A stretch of DNA of 64,000 bases, from NCBI GenBank assembly GCA_964019425.1, contig OZ025797.1, positions 682,001-746,000 on the forward strand. Reading direction: 5' to 3'. Positions 1 to 13,700 of the stretch are shown piece after piece. Below the pieces are notes generated by a model. The model was not told the origin of the DNA and made no database searches. It saw only the letters and a program-made list of their open reading frames with translations. Positions within the stretch are counted from its first letter, which is position 1, and every line of letters begins with the position of its first letter. A program made the translations under genes and the position numbers. The stretch is from Flectonema sp. DT1601. Lineage: Eukaryota.

Positions 1-1014
1 TACACAAAGAACACACTGTAAGCTGTGTGTGTATTTTGTGTTTGTCACAACAGGAGAGAAAAGAAAGAATGTCAAGGTTGGTCACCTTGCCTATCAACGC
101 ACAACATTGGTGGTCTCTACTAGACCCTGAGTGATCCCACTGGATCTCTCATCGTTCATAGTACCCTGTGTGAAGTTATAAAATCAAAGGTAAACTATGA
201 ACTACAAATGACTTAGCCTGTTATTATAATGCCACAGGCAGGCCCTGCATTCAGCAACTATCCAGCAGTGCTTGGATGTCCTGATCTTCTTCTAAAAAAA
301 AGAAAGAAAAACAAAACTGTAGCTGGGATCACTCAGGATCAACAGACTACCAATGCTACCTGTTGTACTTGCTCACTATGGGGGGTGATGCCAAACACCC
401 AGAAGTACTTAACTGCTTTCCTTCTTGCTGCCCAGGAGTTTCTGACCAGAACTAATAGAAAATAAAAAGTAGATGGGAAACAATAAAAAGTAAAATGGAT
501 ATAACTGAAGTTAAACAAGACAAATGAAGTAACAGACCAGAACAGAAAGAGAATTGTAATAGAAGATTACAAATAAAAAAATGCAAGTATCAACACATGA
601 TCAGGATACACCAGCAGCTAACAAACAACATAAAATTGAAGATCAGTTGCCAGAGTATTTCAACCATGGTAGAATACTCGCCCCTCTGGCAGGGATTATC
701 CCAGACTTGTCCTTTAATTTAGTTGGACACCATGGCTTACAACCCTTCCAGAGGGAAGCACCATTATGACTTCTATTTTTTTTCTTCAAGAAAATCATAA
801 GGTGGGAACAAAGAAAAATGCTAAGAGGAACCCCCTATTAACACCTAAGACATCTAAACTGCAGCCCAGCCTATGCCCAATGCACTAACAGGTCATTCCC
901 TCACACTCAGATCAAAAAATCAAAGTTCAGAGTGCATCTTAGCGTGAATGAGAGAATTTCCTCCCGCTCATTTTGAACAAAAGGGATAGGAGAAGGGATA
1001 GAAAACGAACATAA

Positions 1015-1190
1015 AAATAAAATTCTAAGTGAGAAACACTTAGCAGAAACACTTAGCAGCTTTTAAGGAGCTGAAAAGCAAAAAAAAAATCTAAGTGAGA
1101 AACACTTAGTAGAAACAATTTGTAGCTAATTAAGCTGAAAATAAAAAAATAAAAAATTTCTAAGTGAGAAATACTTAGCAACTTTTAGAA
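1015..1190. repeat. Sub-repeat within each monomer: three ~66-69-bp units, each with the palindrome CTAAGTG-agaaa-CACTTAG (first monomer shown)
   Basis: The motif starts at 1025, 1091 and 1160 (third copy has one mismatch, TACTTAG). CTAAGTG and CACTTAG are reverse complements, and each motif follows an A-tract. Confidence 0.9.
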
Positions 1191-4100
1191 CAAATATTTC
1201 AGTAAATAACCTGTAATGATTAAACCATTACAAGTTTGATGCCAAAACTGACAAGGACTGAGTTGAATTTCCAGGTGAGATTTGGACTGTTAGCTTTTGG
1301 CTAAGGCCCTCCCTGAAGAGCAAGAACAAAAAAACTACTCACACCTGAAGAAAACATACACAAAGAACACACTGTAAGCTGTGTGTGTATTTTGTGTTTG
1401 TCACAACAGGAGAGAAAAGAAAGAATGTCAAGGTTGGTCACCTTGCCTATCAACGCACAACATTGGTGGTCTCTACTAGACCCTGAGTGATCCCACTGGA
1501 TCTCTCATCGTTCATAGTACCCTGTGTGAAGTTATAAAATCAAAGGTAAACTATGAACTACAAATGACTTAGCCTGTTATTATAATGCCACAGGCAGGCC
1601 CTGCATTCAGCAACTATCCAGCAGTGCTTGGATGTCCTGATCTTCTTCTAAAAAAAAGAAAGAAAAACAAAACTGTAGCTGGGATCACTCAGGATCAACA
1701 GACTACCAATGCTACCTGTTGTACTTGCTCACTATGGGGGGTGATGCCAAACACCCAGAAGTACTTAACTGCTTTCCTTCTTGCTGCCCAGGAGTTTCTG
1801 ACCAGAACTAATAGAAAATAAAAAGTAGATGGGAAACAATAAAAAGTAAAATGGATATAACTGAAGTTAAACAAGACAAATGAAGTAACAGACCAGAACA
1901 GAAAGAGAATTGTAATAGAAGATTACAAATAAAAAAATGCAAGTATCAACACATGATCAGGATACACCAGCAGCTAACAAACAACATAAAATTGAAGATC
2001 AGTTGCCAGAGTATTTCAACCATGGTAGAATACTCGCCCCTCTGGCAGGGATTATCCCAGACTTGTCCTTTAATTTAGTTGGACACCATGGCTTACAACC
2101 CTTCCAGAGGGAAGCACCATTATGACTTCTATTTTTTTTCTTCAAGAAAATCATAAGGTGGGAACAAAGAAAAATGCTAAGAGGAACCCCCTATTAACAC
2201 CTAAGACATCTAAACTGCAGCCCAGCCTATGCCCAATGCACTAACAGGTCATTCCCTCACACTCAGATCAAAAAATCAAAGTTCAGAGTGCATCTTAGCG
2301 TGAATGAGAGAATTTCCTCCCGCTCATTTTGAACAAAAGGGATAGGAGAAGGGATAGAAAACGAACATAAAAATAAAATTCTAAGTGAGAAACACTTAGC
2401 AGAAACACTTAGCAGCTTTTAAGGAGCTGAAAAGCAAAAAAAAAATCTAAGTGAGAAACACTTAGTAGAAACAATTTGTAGCTAATTAAGCTGAAAATAA
2501 AAAAATAAAAAATTTCTAAGTGAGAAATACTTAGCAACTTTTAGAACAAATATTTCAGTAAATAACCTGTAATGATTAAACCATTACAAGTTTGATGCCA
2601 AAACTGACAAGGACTGAGTTGAATTTCCAGGTGAGATTTGGACTGTTAGCTTTTGGCTAAGGCCCTCCCTGAAGAGCAAGAACAAAAAAACTACTCACAC
2701 CTGAAGAAAACATACACAAAGAACACACTGTAAGCTGTGTGTGTATTTTGTGTTTGTCACAACAGGAGAGAAAAGAAAGAATGTCAAGGTTGGTCACCTT
2801 GCCTATCAACGCACAACATTGGTGGTCTCTACTAGACCCTGAGTGATCCCACTGGATCTCTCATCGTTCATAGTACCCTGTGTGAAGTTATAAAATCAAA
2901 GGTAAACTATGAACTACAAATGACTTAGCCTGTTATTATAATGCCACAGGCAGGCCCTGCATTCAGCAACTATCCAGCAGTGCTTGGATGTCCTGATCTT
3001 CTTCTAAAAAAAAGAAAGAAAAACAAAACTGTAGCTGGGATCACTCAGGATCAACAGACTACCAATGCTACCTGTTGTACTTGCTCACTATGGGGGGTGA
3101 TGCCAAACACCCAGAAGTACTTAACTGCTTTCCTTCTTGCTGCCCAGGAGTTTCTGACCAGAACTAATAGAAAATAAAAAGTAGATGGGAAACAATAAAA
3201 AGTAAAATGGATATAACTGAAGTTAAACAAGACAAATGAAGTAACAGACCAGAACAGAAAGAGAATTGTAATAGAAGATTACAAATAAAAAAATGCAAGT
3301 ATCAACACATGATCAGGATACACCAGCAGCTAACAAACAACATAAAATTGAAGATCAGTTGCCAGAGTATTTCAACCATGGTAGAATACTCGCCCCTCTG
3401 GCAGGGATTATCCCAGACTTGTCCTTTAATTTAGTTGGACACCATGGCTTACAACCCTTCCAGAGGGAAGCACCATTATGACTTCTATTTTTTTTCTTCA
3501 AGAAAATCATAAGGTGGGAACAAAGAAAAATGCTAAGAGGAACCCCCTATTAACACCTAAGACATCTAAACTGCAGCCCAGCCTATGCCCAATGCACTAA
3601 CAGGTCATTCCCTCACACTCAGATCAAAAAATCAAAGTTCAGAGTGCATCTTAGCGTGAATGAGAGAATTTCCTCCCGCTCATTTTGAACAAAAGGGATA
3701 GGAGAAGGGATAGAAAACGAACATAAAAATAAAATTCTAAGTGAGAAACACTTAGCAGAAACACTTAGCAGCTTTTAAGGAGCTGAAAAGCAAAAAAAAA
3801 ATCTAAGTGAGAAACACTTAGTAGAAACAATTTGTAGCTAATTAAGCTGAAAATAAAAAAATAAAAAATTTCTAAGTGAGAAATACTTAGCAACTTTTAG
3901 AACAAATATTTCAGTAAATAACCTGTAATGATTAAACCATTACAAGTTTGATGCCAAAACTGACAAGGACTGAGTTGAATTTCCAGGTGAGATTTGGACT
4001 GTTAGCTTTTGGCTAAGGCCCTCCCTGAAGAGCAAGAACAAAAAAACTACTCACACCTGAAGAAAACATACACAAAGAACACACTGTAAGCTGTGTGTGT

Positions 4101-7100
4101 ATTTTGTGTTTGTCACAACAGGAGAGAAAAGAAAGAATGTCAAGGTTGGTCACCTTGCCTATCAACGCACAACATTGGTGGTCTCTACTAGACCCTGAGT
4201 GATCCCACTGGATCTCTCATCGTTCATAGTACCCTGTGTGAAGTTATAAAATCAAAGGTAAACTATGAACTACAAATGACTTAGCCTGTTATTATAATGC
4301 CACAGGCAGGCCCTGCATTCAGCAACTATCCAGCAGTGCTTGGATGTCCTGATCTTCTTCTAAAAAAAAGAAAGAAAAACAAAACTGTAGCTGGGATCAC
4401 TCAGGATCAACAGACTACCAATGCTACCTGTTGTACTTGCTCACTATGGGGGGTGATGCCAAACACCCAGAAGTACTTAACTGCTTTCCTTCTTGCTGCC
4501 CAGGAGTTTCTGACCAGAACTAATAGAAAATAAAAAGTAGATGGGAAACAATAAAAAGTAAAATGGATATAACTGAAGTTAAACAAGACAAATGAAGTAA
4601 CAGACCAGAACAGAAAGAGAATTGTAATAGAAGATTACAAATAAAAAAATGCAAGTATCAACACATGATCAGGATACACCAGCAGCTAACAAACAACATA
4701 AAATTGAAGATCAGTTGCCAGAGTATTTCAACCATGGTAGAATACTCGCCCCTCTGGCAGGGATTATCCCAGACTTGTCCTTTAATTTAGTTGGACACCA
4801 TGGCTTACAACCCTTCCAGAGGGAAGCACCATTATGACTTCTATTTTTTTTCTTCAAGAAAATCATAAGGTGGGAACAAAGAAAAATGCTAAGAGGAACC
4901 CCCTATTAACACCTAAGACATCTAAACTGCAGCCCAGCCTATGCCCAATGCACTAACAGGTCATTCCCTCACACTCAGATCAAAAAATCAAAGTTCAGAG
5001 TGCATCTTAGCGTGAATGAGAGAATTTCCTCCCGCTCATTTTGAACAAAAGGGATAGGAGAAGGGATAGAAAACGAACATAAAAATAAAATTCTAAGTGA
5101 GAAACACTTAGCAGAAACACTTAGCAGCTTTTAAGGAGCTGAAAAGCAAAAAAAAAATCTAAGTGAGAAACACTTAGTAGAAACAATTTGTAGCTAATTA
5201 AGCTGAAAATAAAAAAATAAAAAATTTCTAAGTGAGAAATACTTAGCAACTTTTAGAACAAATATTTCAGTAAATAACCTGTAATGATTAAACCATTACA
5301 AGTTTGATGCCAAAACTGACAAGGACTGAGTTGAATTTCCAGGTGAGATTTGGACTGTTAGCTTTTGGCTAAGGCCCTCCCTGAAGAGCAAGAACAAAAA
5401 AACTACTCACACCTGAAGAAAACATACACAAAGAACACACTGTAAGCTGTGTGTGTATTTTGTGTTTGTCACAACAGGAGAGAAAAGAAAGAATGTCAAG
5501 GTTGGTCACCTTGCCTATCAACGCACAACATTGGTGGTCTCTACTAGACCCTGAGTGATCCCACTGGATCTCTCATCGTTCATAGTACCCTGTGTGAAGT
5601 TATAAAATCAAAGGTAAACTATGAACTACAAATGACTTAGCCTGTTATTATAATGCCACAGGCAGGCCCTGCATTCAGCAACTATCCAGCAGTGCTTGGA
5701 TGTCCTGATCTTCTTCTAAAAAAAAGAAAGAAAAACAAAACTGTAGCTGGGATCACTCAGGATCAACAGACTACCAATGCTACCTGTTGTACTTGCTCAC
5801 TATGGGGGGTGATGCCAAACACCCAGAAGTACTTAACTGCTTTCCTTCTTGCTGCCCAGGAGTTTCTGACCAGAACTAATAGAAAATAAAAAGTAGATGG
5901 GAAACAATAAAAAGTAAAATGGATATAACTGAAGTTAAACAAGACAAATGAAGTAACAGACCAGAACAGAAAGAGAATTGTAATAGAAGATTACAAATAA
6001 AAAAATGCAAGTATCAACACATGATCAGGATACACCAGCAGCTAACAAACAACATAAAATTGAAGATCAGTTGCCAGAGTATTTCAACCATGGTAGAATA
6101 CTCGCCCCTCTGGCAGGGATTATCCCAGACTTGTCCTTTAATTTAGTTGGACACCATGGCTTACAACCCTTCCAGAGGGAAGCACCATTATGACTTCTAT
6201 TTTTTTTCTTCAAGAAAATCATAAGGTGGGAACAAAGAAAAATGCTAAGAGGAACCCCCTATTAACACCTAAGACATCTAAACTGCAGCCCAGCCTATGC
6301 CCAATGCACTAACAGGTCATTCCCTCACACTCAGATCAAAAAATCAAAGTTCAGAGTGCATCTTAGCGTGAATGAGAGAATTTCCTCCCGCTCATTTTGA
6401 ACAAAAGGGATAGGAGAAGGGATAGAAAACGAACATAAAAATAAAATTCTAAGTGAGAAACACTTAGCAGAAACACTTAGCAGCTTTTAAGGAGCTGAAA
6501 AGCAAAAAAAAAATCTAAGTGAGAAACACTTAGTAGAAACAATTTGTAGCTAATTAAGCTGAAAATAAAAAAATAAAAAATTTCTAAGTGAGAAATACTT
6601 AGCAACTTTTAGAACAAATATTTCAGTAAATAACCTGTAATGATTAAACCATTACAAGTTTGATGCCAAAACTGACAAGGACTGAGTTGAATTTCCAGGT
6701 GAGATTTGGACTGTTAGCTTTTGGCTAAGGCCCTCCCTGAAGAGCAAGAACAAAAAAACTACTCACACCTGAAGAAAACATACACAAAGAACACACTGTA
6801 AGCTGTGTGTGTATTTTGTGTTTGTCACAACAGGAGAGAAAAGAAAGAATGTCAAGGTTGGTCACCTTGCCTATCAACGCACAACATTGGTGGTCTCTAC
6901 TAGACCCTGAGTGATCCCACTGGATCTCTCATCGTTCATAGTACCCTGTGTGAAGTTATAAAATCAAAGGTAAACTATGAACTACAAATGACTTAGCCTG
7001 TTATTATAATGCCACAGGCAGGCCCTGCATTCAGCAACTATCCAGCAGTGCTTGGATGTCCTGATCTTCTTCTAAAAAAAAGAAAGAAAAACAAAACTGT

Positions 7101-7576
7101 AGCTGGGATCACTCAGGATCAACAGACTACCAATGCTACCTGTTGTACTTGCTCACTATGGGGGGTGATGCCAAACACCCAGAAGTACTTAACTGCTTTC
7201 CTTCTTGCTGCCCAGGAGTTTCTGACCAGAACTAATAGAAAATAAAAAGTAGATGGGAAACAATAAAAAGTAAAATGGATATAACTGAAGTTAAACAAGA
7301 CAAATGAAGTAACAGACCAGAACAGAAAGAGAATTGTAATAGAAGATTACAAATAAAAAAATGCAAGTATCAACACATGATCAGGATACACCAGCAGCTA
7401 ACAAACAACATAAAATTGAAGATCAGTTGCCAGAGTATTTCAACCATGGTAGAATACTCGCCCCTCTGGCAGGGATTATCCCAGACTTGTCCTTTAATTT
7501 AGTTGGACACCATGGCTTACAACCCTTCCAGAGGGAAGCACCATTATGACTTCTATTTTTTTTCTTCAAGAAAATC

Positions 7577-7776
7577 NNNNNNNNNNNNNNNNNNNNNNNN
7601 NNNNNNNNNNNNNNNNNNNNNNNNNNNNNNNNNNNNNNNNNNNNNNNNNNNNNNNNNNNNNNNNNNNNNNNNNNNNNNNNNNNNNNNNNNNNNNNNNNNN
7701 NNNNNNNNNNNNNNNNNNNNNNNNNNNNNNNNNNNNNNNNNNNNNNNNNNNNNNNNNNNNNNNNNNNNNNNNNNNN
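7577..7776. other. Assembly gap (200 N) inside the array
   Basis: Exactly 200 N. The left side ends at monomer position ~796 and the right resumes at ~511, so the gap length is a placeholder. Confidence 0.98.
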
Positions 7777-10700
7777 TTAAACAAGACAAATGAAGTAACA
7801 GACCAGAACAGAAAGAGAATTGTAATAGAAGATTACAAATAAAAAAATGCAAGTATCAACACATGATCAGGATACACCAGCAGCTAACAAACAACATAAA
7901 ATTGAAGATCAGTTGCCAGAGTATTTCAACCATGGTAGAATACTCGCCCCTCTGGCAGGGATTATCCCAGACTTGTCCTTTAATTTAGTTGGACACCATG
8001 GCTTACAACCCTTCCAGAGGGAAGCACCATTATGACTTCTATTTTTTTTCTTCAAGAAAATCATAAGGTGGGAACAAAGAAAAATGCTAAGAGGAACCCC
8101 CTATTAACACCTAAGACATCTAAACTGCAGCCCAGCCTATGCCCAATGCACTAACAGGTCATTCCTCACACTCAGATCAAAAAATCAAAGTTCAGAGTGC
8201 ATCTTAGCGTGAATGAGAGAATTTCCTCCCGCTCATTTTGAACAAAAGGGATAGGAGAAGGGATAGAAAACGAACATAAAAATAAAATTCTAAGTGAGAA
8301 ACACTTAGCAGAAACACTTAGCAGCTTTTAAGGAGCTGAAAAGCAAAAAAAAATCTAAGTGAGAAACACTTAGTAGAAACAATTTGTAGCTAATTAAGCT
8401 GAAAATAAAAAAATAAAAAATTTCTAAGTGAGAAATACTTAGCAACTTTTAGAACAAATATTTCAGTAAATAACCTGTAATGATTAAACCATTACAAGTT
8501 TGATGCCAAAACTGACAAGGACTGAGTTGAATTTCCAGGTGAGATTTGGACTGTTAGCTTTTGGCTAAGGCCCTCCCTGAAGAGCAAGAACAAAAAAACT
8601 ACTCACACCTGAAGAAAACATACACAAAGAACACACTGTAAGCTGTGTGTGTATTTTGTGTTTGTCACAACAGGAGAGAAAAGAAAGAATGTCAAGGTTG
8701 GTCACCTTGCCTATCAACGCACAACATTGGTGGTCTCTACTAGACCCTGAGTGATCCCACTGGATCTCTCATCGTTCATAGTACCCTGTGTGAAGTTATA
8801 AAATCAAAGGTAAACTATGAACTACAAATGACTTAGCCTGTTATTATAATGCCACAGGCAGGCCCTGCATTCAGCAACTATCCAGCAGTGCTTGGATGTC
8901 CTGATCTTCTTGCTAAAAAAAAGAAAGAAAAACAAAACTGTAGCTGGGATCACTCAGGATCAACAGACTACCAATGCTACCTGTTGTACTTGCTCACTAT
9001 GGGGGGTGATGCCAAACACCCAGAAGTACTTAACTGCTTTCCTTCTTGCTGCCCAGGAGTTTCTGACCAGAACTAATAGAAAATAAAAAGTAGATGGGAA
9101 ACAATAAAAAGTAAAATGGATATAACTGAAGTTAAACAAGACAAATGAAGTAACAGACCAGAACAGAAAGAGAATTGTAATAGAAGATTACAAATAAAAA
9201 AATGCAAGTATCAACACATGATCAGGATACACCAGCAGCTAACAAACAACATAAAATTGAAGATCAGTTGCCAGAGTATTTCAACCATGGTAGAATACTC
9301 GCCCCTCTGGCAGGGATTATCCCAGACTTGTCCTTTAATTTAGTTGGACACCATGGCTTACAACCCTTCCAGAGGGAAGCACCATTATGACTTCTATTTT
9401 TTTTCTTCAAGAAAATCATAAGGTGGGAACAAAGAAAAATGCTAAGAGGAACCCCCTATTAACACCTAAGACATCTAAACTGCAGCCCAGCCTATGCCCA
9501 ATGCACTAACAGGTCATTCCCTCACACTCAGATCAAAAAATCAAAGTTCAGAGTGCATCTTAGCGTGAATGAGAGAATTTCCTCCCGCTCATTTTGAACA
9601 AAAGGGATAGGAGAAGGGATAGAAAACGAACATAAAAATAAAATTCTAAGTGAGAAACACTTAGCAGAAACACTTAGCAGCTTTTAAGGAGCTGAAAAGC
9701 AAAAAAAAAATCTAAGTGAGAAACACTTAGTAGAAACAATTTGTAGCTAATTAAGCTGAAAATAAAAAATAAAAAATTTCTAAGTGAGAAATACTTAGCA
9801 ACTTTTAGAACAAATATTTCAGTAAATAACCTGTAATGATTAAACCATTACAAGTTTGATGCCAAAACTGACAAGGACTGAGTTGAATTTCCAGGTGAGA
9901 TTTGGACTGTTAGCTTTTGGCTAAGGCCCTCCCTGAAGAGCAAGAACAAAAAAACTACTCACACCTGAAGAAAACATACACAAAGAACACACTGTAAGCT
10001 GTGTGTGTATTTTGTGTTTGTCACAACAGGAGAGAAAAGAAAGAATGTCAAGGTTGGTCACCTTGCCTATCAACGCACAACATTGGTGGTCTCTACTAGA
10101 CCCTGAGTGATCCCACTGGATCTCTCATCGTTCATAGTACCCTGTGTGAAGTTATAAAATCAAAGGTAAACTATGAACTACAAATGACTTAGCCTGTTAT
10201 TATAATGCCACAGGCAGGCCCTGCATTCAGCAACTATCCAGCAGTGCTTGGATGTCCTGATCTTCTTCTAAAAAAAAGAAAGAAAAACAAAACTGTAGCT
10301 GGGATCACTCAGGATCAACAGACTACCAATGCTACCTGTTGTACTTGCTCACTATGGGGGGTGATGCCAAACACCCAGAAGTACTTAACTGCTTTCCTTC
10401 TTGCTGCCCAGGAGTTTCTGACCAGAACTAATAGAAAATAAAAAGTAGATGGGAAACAATAAAAAGTAAAATGGATATAACTGAAGTTAAACAAGACAAA
10501 TGAAGTAACAGACCAGAACAGAAAGAGAATTGTAATAGAAGATTACAAATAAAAAAATGCAAGTATCAACACATGATCAGGATACACCAGCAGCTAACAA
10601 ACAACATAAAATTGAAGATCAGTTGCCAGAGTATTTCAACCATGGTAGAATACTCGCCCCTCTGGCAGGGATTATCCCAGACTTGTCCTTTAATTTAGTT

Positions 10701-13700
10701 GGACACCATGGCTTACAACCCTTCCAGAGGGAAGCACCATTATGACTTCTATTTTTTTTCTTCAAGAAAATCATAAGGTGGGAACAAAGAAAAATGCTAA
10801 GAGGAACCCCCTATTAACACCTAAGACATCTAAACTGCAGCCCAGCCTATGCCCAATGCACTAACAGGTCATTCCCTCACACTCAGATCAAAAAATCAAA
10901 GTTCAGAGTGCATCTTAGCGTGAATGAGAGAATTTCCTCCCGCTCATTTTGAACAAAAGGGATAGGAGAAGGGATAGAAAACGAACATAAAAATAAAATT
11001 CTAAGTGAGAAACACTTAGCAGAAACACTTAGCAGCTTTTAAGGAGCTGAAAAGCAAAAAAAAAATCTAAGTGAGAAACACTTAGTAGAAACAATTTGTA
11101 GCTAATTAAGCTGAAAATAAAAAAATAAAAAATTTCTAAGTGAGAAATACTTAGCAACTTTTAGAACAAATATTTCAGTAAATAACCTGTAATGATTAAA
11201 CCATTACAAGTTTGATGCCAAAACTGACAAGGACTGAGTTGAATTTCCAGGTGAGATTTGGACTGTTAGCTTTTGGCTAAGGCCCTCCCTGAAGAGCAAG
11301 AACAAAAAAACTACTCACACCTGAAGAAAACATACACAAAGAACACACTGTAAGCTGTGTGTGTATTTTGTGTTTGTCACAACAGGAGAGAAAAGAAAGA
11401 ATGTCAAGGTTGGTCACCTTGCCTATCAACGCACAACATTGGTGGTCTCTACTAGACCCTGAGTGATCCCACTGGATCTCTCATCGTTCATAGTACCCTG
11501 TGTGAAGTTATAAAATCAAAGGTAAACTATGAACTACAAATGACTTAGCCTGTTATTATAATGCCACAGGCAGGCCCTGCATTCAGCAACTATCCAGCAG
11601 TGCTTGGATGTCCTGATCTTCTTCTAAAAAAAAGAAAGAAAAACAAAACTGTAGCTGGGATCACTCAGGATCAACAGACTACCAATGCTACCTGTTGTAC
11701 TTGCTCACTATGGGGGGTGATGCCAAACACCCAGAAGTACTTAACTGCTTTCCTTCTTGCTGCCCAGGAGTTTCTGACCAGAACTAATAGAAAATAAAAA
11801 GTAGATGGGAAACAATAAAAAGTAAAATGGATATAACTGAAGTTAAACAAGACAAATGAAGTAACAGACCAGAACAGAAAGAGAATTGTAATAGAAGATT
11901 ACAAATAAAAAAATGCAAGTATCAACACATGATCAGGATACACCAGCAGCTAACAAACAACATAAAATTGAAGATCAGTTGCCAGAGTATTTCAACCATG
12001 GTAGAATACTCGCCCCTCTGGCAGGGATTATCCCAGACTTGTCCTTTAATTTAGTTGGACACCATGGCTTACAACCCTTCCAGAGGGAAGCACCATTATG
12101 ACTTCTATTTTTTTTCTTCAAGAAAATCATAAGGTGGGAACAAAGAAAAATGCTAAGAGGAACCCCCTACCTATTAACACCTAAGACATCTAAACTGCAG
12201 CCCAGCCTATGCCCAATGCACTAACAGGTCATTCCCTCACACTCAGATCAAAAAATCAAAGTTCAGAGTGCATCTTAGCGTGAATGAGAGAATTTCCTCC
12301 CGCTCATTTTGAACAAAAGGGATAGGAGAAGGGATAGAAAACGAACATAAAAATAAAATTCTAAGTGAGAAACACTTAGCAGAAACACTTAGCAGCTTTT
12401 AAGGAGCTGAAAAGCAAAAAAAAATCTAAGTGAGAAACACTTAGTAGAAACAATTTGTAGCTAATTAAGCTGAAAATAAAAAAATAAAAAATTTCTAAGT
12501 GAGAAATACTTAGCAACTTTTAGAACAAATATTTCAGTAAATAACCTGTAATGATTAAACCATTACAAGTTTGATGCCAAAACTGACAAGGACTGAGTTG
12601 AATTTCCAGGTGAGATTTGGACTGTTAGCTTTTGGCTAAGGCCTCCCTGAAGAGCAAGAACAAAAAAACTACTCACACCTGAAGAAAACATACACAAAGA
12701 ACACACTGTAAGCTGTGTGTGTATTTTGTGTTTGTCACAACAGGAGAGAAAAGAAAGAATGTCAAGGTTGGTCACCTTGCCTATCAACGCACAACATTGG
12801 TGGTCTCTACTAGACCCTGAGTGATCCCACTGGATCTCTCATCGTTCATAGTACCCTGTGTGAAGTTATAAAATCAAAGGTAAACTATGAACTACAAATG
12901 ACTTAGCCTGTTATTATAATGCCACAGGCAGCCCTGCATTCAGCAACTATCCAGCAGTGCTTGGATGTCCTGATCTTCTTCTAAAAAAAAGAAAGAAAAA
13001 CAAAACTGTAGCTTGGATCACTCAGGATCAACAGACTACCAATGCTACCTGTTGTACTTGCTCACTATGGGGGGTGATGCCAAACACCCAGAAGTACTTA
13101 ACTGCTTTCCTTCTTGCTGCCCAGGAGTTTCTGACCAGAACTAATAGAAAATAAAAAGTAGATGGGAAACAATAAAAAGTAAAATGGATATAACTGAAGT
13201 TAAACAAGACAAATGAAGTAACAGACCAGAACAGAAAGAGAATTGTAATAGAAGATTACAAATAAAAAAATGCAAGTATCAACACATGATCAGGATACAC
13301 CAGCAGCTAACAAACAACATAAAATTGAAGATCAGTTGCCAGAGTATTTCAACCATGGTAGAATACTCGCCCCTCTGGCAGGGATTATCCCAGACTTGTC
13401 CTTTAATTTAGTTGGACACCATGGCTTACAACCCTTCCAGAGGGAAGCACCATTATGACTTCTATTTTTTTTCTTCAAGAAAATCATAAGGTGGGAACAA
13501 AGAAAAATGCTAAGAGGAACCCCCTATTAACACCTAAGACATCTAAACTGCAGCCCAGCCTATGCCCAATGCACTAACAGGTCATTCCCTCACACTCAGA
13601 TCAAAAAATCAAAGTTCAGAGTGCATCTTAGCGTGAATGAGAGAATTTCCTCCCGCTCATTTTGAACAAAAGGATAGGAGAAGGGATAGAAAACGAACAT

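Noticed and set aside
225..460. Minus-strand exon-intron-exon (caacag|gtagca...ttttttttag|aagaag) in the monomer
   Set aside because: The splice signals look plausible, but the joined frames are short, end quickly and resemble nothing I recognise.
229..769. 78-aa and 62-aa ORFs repeated in every monomer as protein-coding genes
   Set aside because: Short, no recognisable domain, and one crosses an A-tract. They recur only because the DNA is repeated.
1025..1180. CRISPR array (palindromic repeats with spacers)
   Set aside because: Only three repeats, the spacers resemble each other, the context is eukaryotic and there are no cas genes.
1..1356. Monomer as an SL RNA, 5S rRNA or U snRNA gene repeat
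   Set aside because: Only a short gctacagttt match (minus strand, ~315-324) to euglenozoan SL-like sequence, without the rest of the exon or a donor site. No 5S or U1/U2/U5/U6 core motifs were seen.
1310..1356. Hammerhead ribozyme (CTGAAGA cores) as in retrozyme satellites
   Set aside because: No stem II followed by GAAA, and no closing stems in the required arrangement.
7503..7852. ORFs containing X runs
   Set aside because: Artefacts of the N gap.
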